This document shows positions 29,978-38,247 of a stretch of DNA of 64,000 nucleotides, piece after piece. Position 1 is the stretch's first letter. Each line of letters opens with the position of its first letter. The DNA comes from Oscillospiraceae bacterium. Its GTDB lineage: Bacteria > Bacillota > Clostridia > Oscillospirales > Acutalibacteraceae. The position numbers and the translations under genes are program-made. The stretch spans positions 10,482 to 74,481 of the forward strand of contig JAISXG010000070.1 of NCBI GenBank assembly GCA_031270605.1, in the 5' to 3' direction. The notes beneath the pieces were generated by a model. It had not been told where the DNA came from. It was given only the letters and a program-made list of their open reading frames with translations, and did not search any database.

Positions 29978-30013
29978 AAAAAAGGAGCGAGCCCTCATGC
30001 CCACTCCTTTTTT
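29978..30013. terminator. Bidirectional terminator between the sigma gene and the JAMM gene
   Basis: aaaaaaggag...ctcctttttt, with A/T runs on both sides. Confidence 0.65.
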
Positions 30014-30079
30014 GTCATATAATCACTTTTTTGAATAACGCCTGTCTAATGAATTCGGTAATCACCCAAATAAAGGCAA

Positions 30080-30493
30080 TTAAAACTCCAGTTCAATCGC
30101 AATACCGCGCACCTTGCCGCCCTCAATGCGAAAGGCCCGCAAACAAGGCTCCTCAAGCGCCAAAGACAAAATGAGATAAAGCGCTTTTGGGTCCTGTGCC
30201 AGGCGGATGTCCTCATCAGAGGGGCGGGCCGGGGTCTCAGGGTGGGAATGAAAATTGCCGAGGGGTGCAATGCCCTTCGCACGCATATCCTTCACCGCCG
30301 CAAGCTGCTCGCGCGGGTCAATCGAAAAATGCTCGCTGCTGTGGTCAATATTTGTCAGCGGATATACTTGCTCAATATAAAATTCATCCGCCTCCGCCCG
30401 GCCCGCAATCAATCCGCAGGCCTCTTCGGGCAGAGCCGATTTTGCATGGTCAACGATTTTATTAAAATCATCATAGTTCAGGTGAATTCTCAT
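30080..30493 (-). CDS. JAMM/MPN+ metalloprotease (HcyD / Mec+ / QbsD-like)
   Basis: 137 aa. E..CG early motif and HSHPETPARPSDED (HxHx7Sx2D JAMM motif). Confidence 0.85.
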   Translation of the reverse strand: MRIHLNYDDFNKIVDHAKSALPEEACGLIAGRAEADEFYIEQVYPLTNIDHSSEHFSIDPREQLAAVKDMRAKGIAPLGNFHSHPETPARPSDEDIRLAQDPKALYLILSLALEEPCLRAFRIEGGKVRGIAIELEF

Positions 30494-31313
30494 GGCTCTC
30501 CCCCTCCGCTTTCAAGTCGCACGCGGGCACTTCATAATCAAACGGCTCGGTGATGGAAGGGTGCTCGCCGCAGACCGCGCAGTCTTTTCTTCCGGGCAAC
30601 TTGATGCGGCGAAACTCCATTGTGAGCGCGTCATAGGTCAGCAGCTTGCCTGTGAGCAGGTCGCCTTTGCCGATGAGGAACTTAATCGCCTCCATCGCCT
30701 GCAAGGACCCGATTACACCGCCCATAGCGCCCACAACCCCGGCCTGACGGCAGGTGGGGATCGCGTCCGGTGGCGGCGGCTCACGAAACACGCAGCGATA
30801 GCAGGGGCCTTCCCCCGGCACATAGGTCATCAGCTGGCCACCGAAGCGCAGAATGCCCGCGTGTGAAAAAGGCTTTTTCTGCAACACACACGCATCGTTA
30901 ATCAAAAACTTTGCGGCAAAATTATCTGTGCCGTCAATGATGAAGTCATAGTCTTGGATTAAGTCCATGATGCTCGCGGCATTTACATAAATTTGATAAG
31001 TATTCACCTGCACGTCCGGGTTAATCGCCTGCATCGTTTCTTTCGCGGACTGCACCTTTGCTTTGCCGATGTCCGCCGTGGTGTGAATCACCTGGCGCTG
31101 CAAATTGGAAAGGTCAACCGTATCAAGGTCCGCAATGCCGATGGCGCCCACGCCCGCTGCGGCAAGATAGAGCGCGATCGGCGCCCCGAGGCCGCCCGCG
31201 CCGATAATCAACACCTTGCCGTTGAGGAGCTTTTTCTGCCCCTTTGCGCCAACCTCTTTTAACAGGATGTGGCGGGAATAACGCTCCAGCTGTTCATTTG
31301 TGAAGGCCATCAA
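30471..31313 (-). CDS. ThiF/MoeB/HesA-family E1-like adenylyltransferase (HcyF-like)
   Basis: 280 aa. GAGGLGAP nucleotide loop and paired CxxC zinc motifs (CYRC, CAVC). Confidence 0.85.
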   Translation of the reverse strand: MMAFTNEQLERYSRHILLKEVGAKGQKKLLNGKVLIIGAGGLGAPIALYLAAAGVGAIGIADLDTVDLSNLQRQVIHTTADIGKAKVQSAKETMQAINPDVQVNTYQIYVNAASIMDLIQDYDFIIDGTDNFAAKFLINDACVLQKKPFSHAGILRFGGQLMTYVPGEGPCYRCVFREPPPPDAIPTCRQAGVVGAMGGVIGSLQAMEAIKFLIGKGDLLTGKLLTYDALTMEFRRIKLPGRKDCAVCGEHPSITEPFDYEVPACDLKAEGESHENSPEL

Positions 31314-31516
31314 GCGCCGCCCCCCATAAAGTATAAAAATTCAATGTTGTCACCGTCCTTGAGAACGGTGTCGGCAAACGCGCCGCTTTCCACAAAGTCG
31401 TCATTGAGTGAAACCGTCACATACTGGGGGGAGTCGATGTTCTCTTTTTCAATGAGCGCCGCAAGCGTTGTACCCTCCGCGTATTCTTTTTTATCTCCTG
31501 CAACAATAATTGTCAT
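31310..31516 (-). CDS. ThiS/MoaD-family sulfur carrier protein ending ...MGGGA (HcyS-like, Gly-Gly plus one Ala)
   Basis: 68 aa with a beta-grasp-sized sequence. 4-nt overlap with the E1 gene. Confidence 0.8.
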   Translation of the reverse strand: MTIIVAGDKKEYAEGTTLAALIEKENIDSPQYVTVSLNDDFVESGAFADTVLKDGDNIEFLYFMGGGA

Positions 31517-31553
31517 GGTGATTCCTCCAATTGTTTGGGCGTTCGTATTATTC

Positions 31554-31811
31554 TTATTCGTCGTCCACTTTTTTCACGAGCAGGGTGTATGTGCCATCGT
31601 CATTGTGGAGCAGCTTTAAAATCTGGTGGCCCTCCTCTTTTACACTGCGGGGCACATTCTGCACCGGCTCACCGTCATTGAGGCGCACGGCAAGAATTTG
31701 CCCGTCGTCCAGTTCATCCAAAGCAACCTTGGTTTTCACAAAGGTCACAGGGCACACAACGTCTGTGATGTCAAGATTCTCGTCTATTTTAATGTCCATA
31801 ATAAAATTCAC
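31554..31811 (-). CDS. TusA/SirA-family sulfurtransferase
   Basis: 85 aa. LDITDVVCP conserved Cys context. Collinear with E. coli TusA. Confidence 0.7.
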   Translation of the reverse strand: MNFIMDIKIDENLDITDVVCPVTFVKTKVALDELDDGQILAVRLNDGEPVQNVPRSVKEEGHQILKLLHNDDGTYTLLVKKVDDE

Positions 31812-32658
31812 TCATCTCTTTCTGAAACACATCCCAGCCCACACGCTCAATCGCCACGCGGAAACGCTCGCTGGGGTTTGCGTGCCGGTCAAAGAAATCA
31901 AGCGCGGCATCGGCCGCTTTAAAAACCTGCTCTTTGTCTTGCATAATGGGGAACAGCTGCTCGCCAAAGGCAATTTTGTTGCCGAAGGTGCCGCCGAACG
32001 AAAGAATATAACCCGGCTCACCCTTCCACGCGTCAAACGGGCAGGACTTCACACAGCGGCCGCAGTTATTGCACTTGTCTTCTTCAATCACAATTTTTTT
32101 ATCCTCTTCTGTGAGCGCCCCCTCACGGCAGGCCTTGATGCAAATACCGCACAGGGTGCAGGCCTCGGGAATCCATTCAATAAGATAACCGCCCTTTACG
32201 CCAAGGTCGTTTTCCTCGGCTTTCAGGCAGTTGTTCATACATCCCGTCACACCAAACTTGAACTTATGAGGCAATTCACGGCCGAAATAGCGTTCTGACA
32301 GCTCAACCGCAAGCGGGTAGGTGTCAATGCAGCCGGAGGGACAGACCTCGCTGCCCTGGCAGGCCGTGACGGTACGCACACGCGGGCCACACACGCCGGT
32401 GAAAACCTCTCCCTCCAAAAGCTTTTCTTTGACCGAGTCAATATCTTTGAGCTTGATGAAAGGAATTTCAACCCCCTGACGGGAGGTCAGATGCACATGA
32501 CCGGCACCATATTCTTTCGCAACCTCTGCAATGGTGATGATCTGCTCCGCCGTGAGGTTGCCCCCCACAACTTTCAAGCGCAGGGAAAAATGATTTTTTT
32601 GCTTTTGGCGCATAAATCCGCCGTTTTTCAGCGCTTTATAATCAACAGCCATGCTCAT
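31789..32658 (-). CDS. Small sulfite reductase-like protein (nitrite/sulfite reductase siroheme-[4Fe-4S] domain with an inserted 2x[4Fe-4S] ferredoxin)
   Basis: 289 aa. Cys clusters TACQGSEVCPSGC, GCMNNC, CTLCGICIKAC and CNNCGRCVKSCP. Confidence 0.75.
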   Translation of the reverse strand: MSMAVDYKALKNGGFMRQKQKNHFSLRLKVVGGNLTAEQIITIAEVAKEYGAGHVHLTSRQGVEIPFIKLKDIDSVKEKLLEGEVFTGVCGPRVRTVTACQGSEVCPSGCIDTYPLAVELSERYFGRELPHKFKFGVTGCMNNCLKAEENDLGVKGGYLIEWIPEACTLCGICIKACREGALTEEDKKIVIEEDKCNNCGRCVKSCPFDAWKGEPGYILSFGGTFGNKIAFGEQLFPIMQDKEQVFKAADAALDFFDRHANPSERFRVAIERVGWDVFQKEMSEFYYGH

Positions 32659-33893
32659 TCTCCTTTCATGCTCTCAATCGCCTGACCGAAATCTTCAATT
32701 AAGTCTTCAATATCCTCAATGCCCACACTCACGCGGATCATATCGTCATAAACCCCTGCGTCACTCTTTTTCTCTTCACTGGAATGCAGATAAATCGTGG
32801 ACGCCGGGTGGATTACCAAGGTGCGCACATCGCCGATGTTCGTGGCGATTTTGGGAATTTTCAATGCGTTCACAAGCCGGAATGCCCGCTCCTTTGAGCC
32901 TGCGCGCAGCGTTAAAATCGCACCGCCCTGCCCCTTTTCCATTTGAGAATCCACAAAGCCTTTATAAGGGCTGCTAGCAAGGCCGGGGTAGCTCACACCC
33001 GCAAGCTCACTTTGCGTTTCCAAAAATTCCGCCAAAGCGAGGGCGTTTGCACACAGCCGCTCCATGCGCAGGCCGAGCGTTTCCAGCCCCAAACAGTTCA
33101 AATATGCGTTCTGCGGCGCAATGCAGGGGCCGAAGTTGCGCCAAAGGTCACCCCGCAAGCGTGCGGTATAAGCAAATTTGCCCATTTTCTGATAACCTGC
33201 CAAAGCGGAAAAGCGTTCAAAATCCCACGCAAATTTGCCGCCGTCAACAATGATGCCGCTGAGTGCGTCGCCACTGCCGTTGATGTATTTTGAAGAGGAA
33301 TGCACCACAATGTCCGCACCGTGGGCAAGGGGGAGAATCAGCGCCGCCGTGGCCGTGGTGCTGTCAATCACCAACGGGATTTTATGTTGCTTCGCCAGTG
33401 TGGAAACCTCCGCAAGGTCAACCACGTCAAGGCGGGGATTGCCGAAGAGTTCAGCAAAAATCACCTTGGTGCACCCGTTAATCTGGGGTGCGATTTCCGC
33501 CGCCGTCATGTTTTTCACAAACCGTGTTTTGATGCCGAACCTTTCAAAGTCGGCCAGCAGGTCAAGCGTGCCGCCGAACAGCGCGCTTGAAGAAATGATT
33601 TCGTCTCCGCTCTCAAGAATGTTCAGCAAGGCCATGGAAACGGCCGCCATGCCCGAAGCACAGGCAACGGCGTCAACGCCCCCCTCAAGCGTGGCAATGC
33701 GCTTTTCAAACGCCATCACCGTGGGGTTTGAAATGCGTGTGTAAGCAAAGCCGGGAGCCTTGCCGGCAAAGACCTTTTCCAGCTGTTCGGCACTCTCATG
33801 CGCGAACGCGGAGGTCTGATAAACGGCGGGGAGGGTTGCGCCGGTGGTGTCAAAGGGATTTGTGCCTTGCAAAAGACGTGTGTTAAACCGCAT
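32655..33893 (-). CDS. metY: O-acetylhomoserine sulfhydrylase / aminocarboxypropyltransferase (PLP)
   Basis: 412 aa. Cys/Met-metabolism PLP family, with SSSKYINGSG as the PLP lysine context. Confidence 0.85.
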   Translation of the reverse strand: MRFNTRLLQGTNPFDTTGATLPAVYQTSAFAHESAEQLEKVFAGKAPGFAYTRISNPTVMAFEKRIATLEGGVDAVACASGMAAVSMALLNILESGDEIISSSALFGGTLDLLADFERFGIKTRFVKNMTAAEIAPQINGCTKVIFAELFGNPRLDVVDLAEVSTLAKQHKIPLVIDSTTATAALILPLAHGADIVVHSSSKYINGSGDALSGIIVDGGKFAWDFERFSALAGYQKMGKFAYTARLRGDLWRNFGPCIAPQNAYLNCLGLETLGLRMERLCANALALAEFLETQSELAGVSYPGLASSPYKGFVDSQMEKGQGGAILTLRAGSKERAFRLVNALKIPKIATNIGDVRTLVIHPASTIYLHSSEEKKSDAGVYDDMIRVSVGIEDIEDLIEDFGQAIESMKGE

Positions 33894-33925
33894 CGCGCTT
33901 CATCCTTTTCTTTAATCAATTTTTC

Positions 33926-33969
33926 TACGGCTGCGGCGCTTAAATCAATGGGAGCGCCGTGTAGCCGTA
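33926..33969 (-). other. Interrupted 14-bp hairpin at the ABC-ATPase/metY junction
   Basis: tacggct-g-cggcgct ... agcgccg-tgt-agccgta spans the ATPase stop codon. There is no T run on the - strand. Confidence 0.3.
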
Positions 33970-34695
33970 TTTATTTTTCTTTAAAGCAATACCGAAGACT
34001 TTGTCAACGGCGCCACTCTGTGCAATCTCCCGCGGCGCACCGCAGCATTGCAGCTTTCCGTCAGCCAGCAGCAGCGCATAGTCACTCCGTTCCAACGCAA
34101 GCGGAAGGTCGTGCAGCACCATCACCACGGTTTTCCCCCCGTCCGCAAGGGTGCGCAAGAGCGCCATCAATTCATATTGCACGCGGATGTCAAGATAAGC
34201 CGTGGGCTCGTCAAGCAAAATCAACGGTGTGTCCTGCGCCACAGTCATAGCAAGGCAGGCTCTTTGCCGCTGCCCGCCCGAAAGCGAAGTCAGGCGGCGG
34301 TGGGAAAACTCCCACGCACCTGTCAGGCGCAGGGCATTTTCAATGATGTCCCTGTCTTTTTGTGAAAGCACATGCCGCCGCGACAAATGGGGGTAGCGGC
34401 CGTGTGCGGCAAGGTCAAACACCGTGATGTCCGGCACCGTGCGCCACTGGGGAAAAAAGGAGATACGCTTTGCCCGCTCTTTGGGCGGCAAAACTCCAAG
34501 GTCGTGCCCCGAAACCGCTATGCTGCCCGCAGTGGGGCGAAGCAGTCCCGCGGCCAGACGTAGCAGCGTGCTCTTTCCGCAGGCGTTCGGGCCGATGAGG
34601 CAAGTGATTTTTTCGCCGGGAATCGAAAAGCTCAGCTTCTCTAAGACCGGCGTTTTTTTATCATATGTAAACGACATATCAGAAAACTCAAGCAT
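33940..34695 (-). CDS. ABC transporter ATP-binding protein (FecE/BtuD/FhuC class)
   Basis: Walker A GPNACGKST, signature LSGGQRQR, Walker B LILLDEP. The ATG at 34695 sits 7 nt after GAGAGGA. Confidence 0.85.
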   Translation of the reverse strand: MLEFSDMSFTYDKKTPVLEKLSFSIPGEKITCLIGPNACGKSTLLRLAAGLLRPTAGSIAVSGHDLGVLPPKERAKRISFFPQWRTVPDITVFDLAAHGRYPHLSRRHVLSQKDRDIIENALRLTGAWEFSHRRLTSLSGGQRQRACLAMTVAQDTPLILLDEPTAYLDIRVQYELMALLRTLADGGKTVVMVLHDLPLALERSDYALLLADGKLQCCGAPREIAQSGAVDKVFGIALKKNKYGYTALPLI

Positions 34696-34727
34696 AATAA
34701 AATCCTCTCGCTCGGATGAAAAACTCT

Positions 34728-35729
34728 TCAAGCCTTCTTTTTCCGCAGCAGCAGGTAAAGGAAGAACGGTCCACCTAAAAAGGAAAGTAAAATCCCCGCG
34801 GGAAGTTCATACGGGGCGAAAATCATGCGGCTCAACAAATCGCAAAACGTCACCAAAACCGCGCCCAGCAAAGCACAGACGGGCAACAAGCGGCGGTGGC
34901 CCGCCGCCGGGCAAAGCCTTCGCGCAAGGTGCGGCGTCATCAGCCCGACAAACCCGAGAAGACCGCAAACACTGACCGAAGCGCCGGCCAAAACAGAGGA
35001 AACAGTCAAAATCACGCCCCGGGCAAGGGGCACGCGCATGCCCAGAGAGGCCGCGGTTTCATCGCCCAACACAAACACATCCAGTTCCCCCGCAAACAGT
35101 GTTGCCGCCGCAAGACCCGCCGCGACATAATACACAGCAGGCATTAAGGCACTCCAAGTGATACCCGAAAAGCCGCCAATCATAAAACTGCGGTAACCGG
35201 CAAGAGATTCCGGGTAAAAGGTGTGCACCGCGTCAATTCCGGCAGACAAGATGCTGCCGATTGCCACACCCGCAAGCAAAATCGTGCCCCGGCGCGAGCC
35301 GGTGCGCGCGCTCACGGCAAAAATCAAAAGCGAAGCCAAAACAGCGCCGCCGAAAGCAAACGCAGGCGTCCAGCCGCTTGCGAGCGAAAGAAACGCGCCG
35401 CACAATGCCACGGCAAGCCCGGCGCCCGAATTGATGCCGAGCAGCGTGGGGCTGGCAAGGGGGTTACTGAGCAAAGTTTGCACCATCAGACCGCTCACCG
35501 CAAGAGACGCGCCACAAACCACATTTGCGGCAATGCGAGGCATGCGGATAAGCCAGAGAATCTGACTCTGCGTGTTCTGCTCACGCGGATGCAGCAGGGC
35601 GTTTATGAACTCAGAAAAAGAGAGATTCGCAGCACCTGCCGCCAAAGAAACCAATATAATAACAAACAGTAAAACAAGCAGTAAAAAAGGGAACCAGTTA
35701 CGGATACAGGATCGCCGCAAGCTTTTCAT
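34728..35729 (-). CDS. FecCD-family ABC permease (iron-chelate / cobalamin type)
   Basis: Polytopic membrane protein with FecCD layout. The probable ATG at 35729 follows a GGGGTGA RBS; the track ORF starts at a TTG inside the upstream gene. Confidence 0.8.
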   Translation of the reverse strand: MKSLRRSCIRNWFPFLLLVLLFVIILVSLAAGAANLSFSEFINALLHPREQNTQSQILWLIRMPRIAANVVCGASLAVSGLMVQTLLSNPLASPTLLGINSGAGLAVALCGAFLSLASGWTPAFAFGGAVLASLLIFAVSARTGSRRGTILLAGVAIGSILSAGIDAVHTFYPESLAGYRSFMIGGFSGITWSALMPAVYYVAAGLAAATLFAGELDVFVLGDETAASLGMRVPLARGVILTVSSVLAGASVSVCGLLGFVGLMTPHLARRLCPAAGHRRLLPVCALLGAVLVTFCDLLSRMIFAPYELPAGILLSFLGGPFFLYLLLRKKKA

Positions 35730-36639
35730 AGCTTTCACCCCACCGATCGTTGGGTTTGTAGTGATAGAGCTCCCGCTCAAGCACAAACCATTTGCCGTTT
35801 TTCACAGCGCTCAAACTCTTCCATGCGGGCTGCGTTGCAATCATCTGCTCAAACGCTGTCTTGACCTCTTTATCTTGCATGCCCAATGCCGTCACAAAAA
35901 TATATTCGGGGTCCGCCTGCAGAATGATTTCAAGAGAAAGCTCTTCCAAAAGCGAAGGGTAGTCGTCCGCAATATTTTTTGCGCCCAAGTCACGCAGCAC
36001 TTCAACTGCCACCGTGCCCTTATTCTTCACACCCGCACCGTTGGAAGTGAACCGCAGCTGCAAAACTGTCGGCCCTGTTTTTCCTTCGGCACGCGCAAGC
36101 GCTCCGGCAATTTTCGCTTTGGGCGTTGTAATTAACTGTTCCTGCAAATCCTCCCGGCCGGTGAGGCGCAAAAAGAGTTCGGCAATCATTTTATAATCAT
36201 CAAATGTGTCGCAGGTGAAATAGGCGGCGGGGATTTTCATCGCCGAAAGCCCCTCTTTGAGCGCAAGCTGCCCCGCAATGTCCGCCGAAAGAATCACAAG
36301 GTCGGGGTTCAGCGAAGCGATTTTCTCAAGGCTCGGCTCTTTTGACGCTCCCACCAGCACCGCGTCGCCCACATCGAGCTGCCGCTCACCCGCCGCGTCG
36401 TCCGTCACACCCACAAGCGTTCCGCCCGCGGAAAGCCAGATGTCAGAATAAGAAGCATACACACAAACCACCCGCTGGGGGGCATCTGCAAGGGTAATGC
36501 GCGTTCCTTCGGTGTCCGTAAACGAATACTCTATATTCTTCTCAGTGGCAGAAGTCACGTCAACCTGCGTTGCGGGCCGGCAGGCCGACAACAGGAAAAG
36601 AATCAAAACAAATATACAAATAAATATCGTTTTTTTCAT
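35698..36639 (-). CDS. ABC substrate-binding lipoprotein (FecB/BtuF periplasmic-binding-protein class)
   Basis: 313 aa. Lipobox LLSAC after a hydrophobic signal peptide. Confidence 0.8.
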   Translation of the reverse strand: MKKTIFICIFVLILFLLSACRPATQVDVTSATEKNIEYSFTDTEGTRITLADAPQRVVCVYASYSDIWLSAGGTLVGVTDDAAGERQLDVGDAVLVGASKEPSLEKIASLNPDLVILSADIAGQLALKEGLSAMKIPAAYFTCDTFDDYKMIAELFLRLTGREDLQEQLITTPKAKIAGALARAEGKTGPTVLQLRFTSNGAGVKNKGTVAVEVLRDLGAKNIADDYPSLLEELSLEIILQADPEYIFVTALGMQDKEVKTAFEQMIATQPAWKSLSAVKNGKWFVLERELYHYKPNDRWGESYEKLAAILYP

Positions 36640-36685
36640 AAAAACACCATTAAACCGTCAATCCTATATATTTAATATGATTTAA

Positions 36686-36714
36686 AGTATAGTATTTTTC
36701 CTATTACCTGTCAA
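36686..36714 (-). promoter_or_regulatory. Candidate sigma-A promoter of the ABC-metY-sir-carrier operon
   Basis: On the - strand: TTGACA, 17-nt spacer, TATACT. The leader would be only about 40 nt, leaving no room for a riboswitch. Confidence 0.5.
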
Positions 36715-36785
36715 CGATTTTATAAAATTCAGCAATGTATCCATAAAAAAGTTGCATTTGGTTAATAGTTTATATGGTTTCTACA

Positions 36786-36814
36786 TTGACTTTTCCATGC
36801 CCTCCCTGTATCAT
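36786..36814 (+). promoter_or_regulatory. Candidate sigma-A promoter of the SPL-hydrolase-MFS unit
   Basis: TTGACT, 17-nt spacer, TATCAT. Confidence 0.5.
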
Positions 36815-36855
36815 ACTATTCATATATAACATATAATTTTAGTATGAATAGTATG
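36812..36855. promoter_or_regulatory. 13-bp perfect inverted repeat overlapping the -10 element and early leader (operator candidate)
   Basis: catactattcata-N18-tatgaatagtatg. Confidence 0.45.
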
Positions 36856-36871
36856 TTTAAGGGGTGACAAG

Positions 36872-38230
36872 ATGGATTTTCCACAAAAAGGCCTTTCCAA
36901 AGAAGAGATTTTCCAAGCGCTGGACGATTATCAACAGAATGACGGCAACTATAAAAAGGGTAAAACCTGGAGCCTTGTTTATTATGCAGGCGAAGAGATT
37001 ACCCGTTTAACAGAAGAGGTTTATTGCAAGTTCTTTCACACAAACGCATTAAACCCCTTCGTTTTTCAGAGCCTTAAACGTCTTGAAACAGAAACTCTCG
37101 CAATGGCGGCGGATTTGTTTCACGGTGACGAACAGGTGGTCGGCACCCTCACCTCCGGCGGTAGCGAGAGCATTCTGATGGCGGTCAAGACCTACCGCGA
37201 TGAAGCGCGTGAGAAAAAGCCCCACATCACGCAGCCTGAAATGATCGCTCCCATCAGCGTTCACGCCGCTTTTGAAAAGGCCGCGCACTACTTCGGCGTC
37301 AAAATCATTCACGCTCCTCTTATGGATGATTTTCGTGTGGATGTCGCCGCGGTGGAAAAACTCATTACCCCCAACACTATTTTATTAATTGGTTCCGCAC
37401 CCCAGTACCCGCAAGGGGTTGTCGACCCCATTGAGGCACTTTCAGCTCTCGCATTAAAACATGATTTGCGGCTGCATGTGGATGCCTGCCTCGGCGGATT
37501 TACAATACCTTTTATAAAAGAGCTTGGCGGCGATATCCCCGCCTTTGACTTTGCGCTGCCCGGTGTGACCTCCATTTCGGCGGATCTACATAAATACGGC
37601 TTTGCGGCCAAGGGTGTTTCAGCGCTGCTCTACCGCAACGCGGGCATCCGGCAATATCAATATTTCGCATACGGCGACTGGCCGGGCGGACTCTTTATCT
37701 CCCCCAGCGCAACGGGCACTCGCCCCGGCGGCGCAATCGCCTCCGCGTGGGCGGCACTGAAATATATCGGCCGTGAAGGCTATCTTGAAATCACCAAAAG
37801 TGTTCTTGAAACCACAAAAAAAATTACGGACGGCGTGAAATCGATTCCCGAGCTATCTATTCTGGGCAATCCTCCCGCTGGAATTTTTGCTTTTGATTCC
37901 AAAACCCTCAATGTGCACGCGCTGGCGGATGTGCTGGAACACAAGGGCTGGATTATTGACCAGCAGGTCAATCCCTCCTGCTTGCACTTCATGGTCACGC
38001 CTGCTCATGCGGGCATTGCGGATGATTTTGTGCAGGATTTGAAAGAGAGTGTTGAAGAGCTTAAAGCGAACCCCGGCAACTATGCCGGCGGCAGCGCTGC
38101 ACTCTACGGCATGAGCGTCACGATTCCCGACCGGGGGCTTGTGAACTCGCTGATCAAAGGCGCATACAGCCGGTTCATGACCGAGGGCGGCACTTTCTCA
38201 TTTGAAGATTTGGGCAACATATTAGATTAA
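36872..38230 (+). CDS. Sphingosine-1-phosphate-lyase-family PLP enzyme (group II decarboxylase fold), soluble form
   Basis: 452 aa. Collinear with eukaryotic SGPL1: SGGSESILMAVKTYRD, HVDACLGGF and the PLP-Lys motif SADLHKYGFAAKG. No N-terminal TM helix. Confidence 0.75.
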   Translation: MDFPQKGLSKEEIFQALDDYQQNDGNYKKGKTWSLVYYAGEEITRLTEEVYCKFFHTNALNPFVFQSLKRLETETLAMAADLFHGDEQVVGTLTSGGSESILMAVKTYRDEAREKKPHITQPEMIAPISVHAAFEKAAHYFGVKIIHAPLMDDFRVDVAAVEKLITPNTILLIGSAPQYPQGVVDPIEALSALALKHDLRLHVDACLGGFTIPFIKELGGDIPAFDFALPGVTSISADLHKYGFAAKGVSALLYRNAGIRQYQYFAYGDWPGGLFISPSATGTRPGGAIASAWAALKYIGREGYLEITKSVLETTKKITDGVKSIPELSILGNPPAGIFAFDSKTLNVHALADVLEHKGWIIDQQVNPSCLHFMVTPAHAGIADDFVQDLKESVEELKANPGNYAGGSAALYGMSVTIPDRGLVNSLIKGAYSRFMTEGGTFSFEDLGNILD

Positions 38231-38247
38231 CAAAAAAGAGGGGACTC

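Noticed and set aside
33894-33939. Expected SAM riboswitch or T-box upstream of metY
   Set aside because: The gap is only 46 nt, and the leader at the operon's 5' end is about 40 nt. No conserved SAM-I or T-box sequence blocks were seen.
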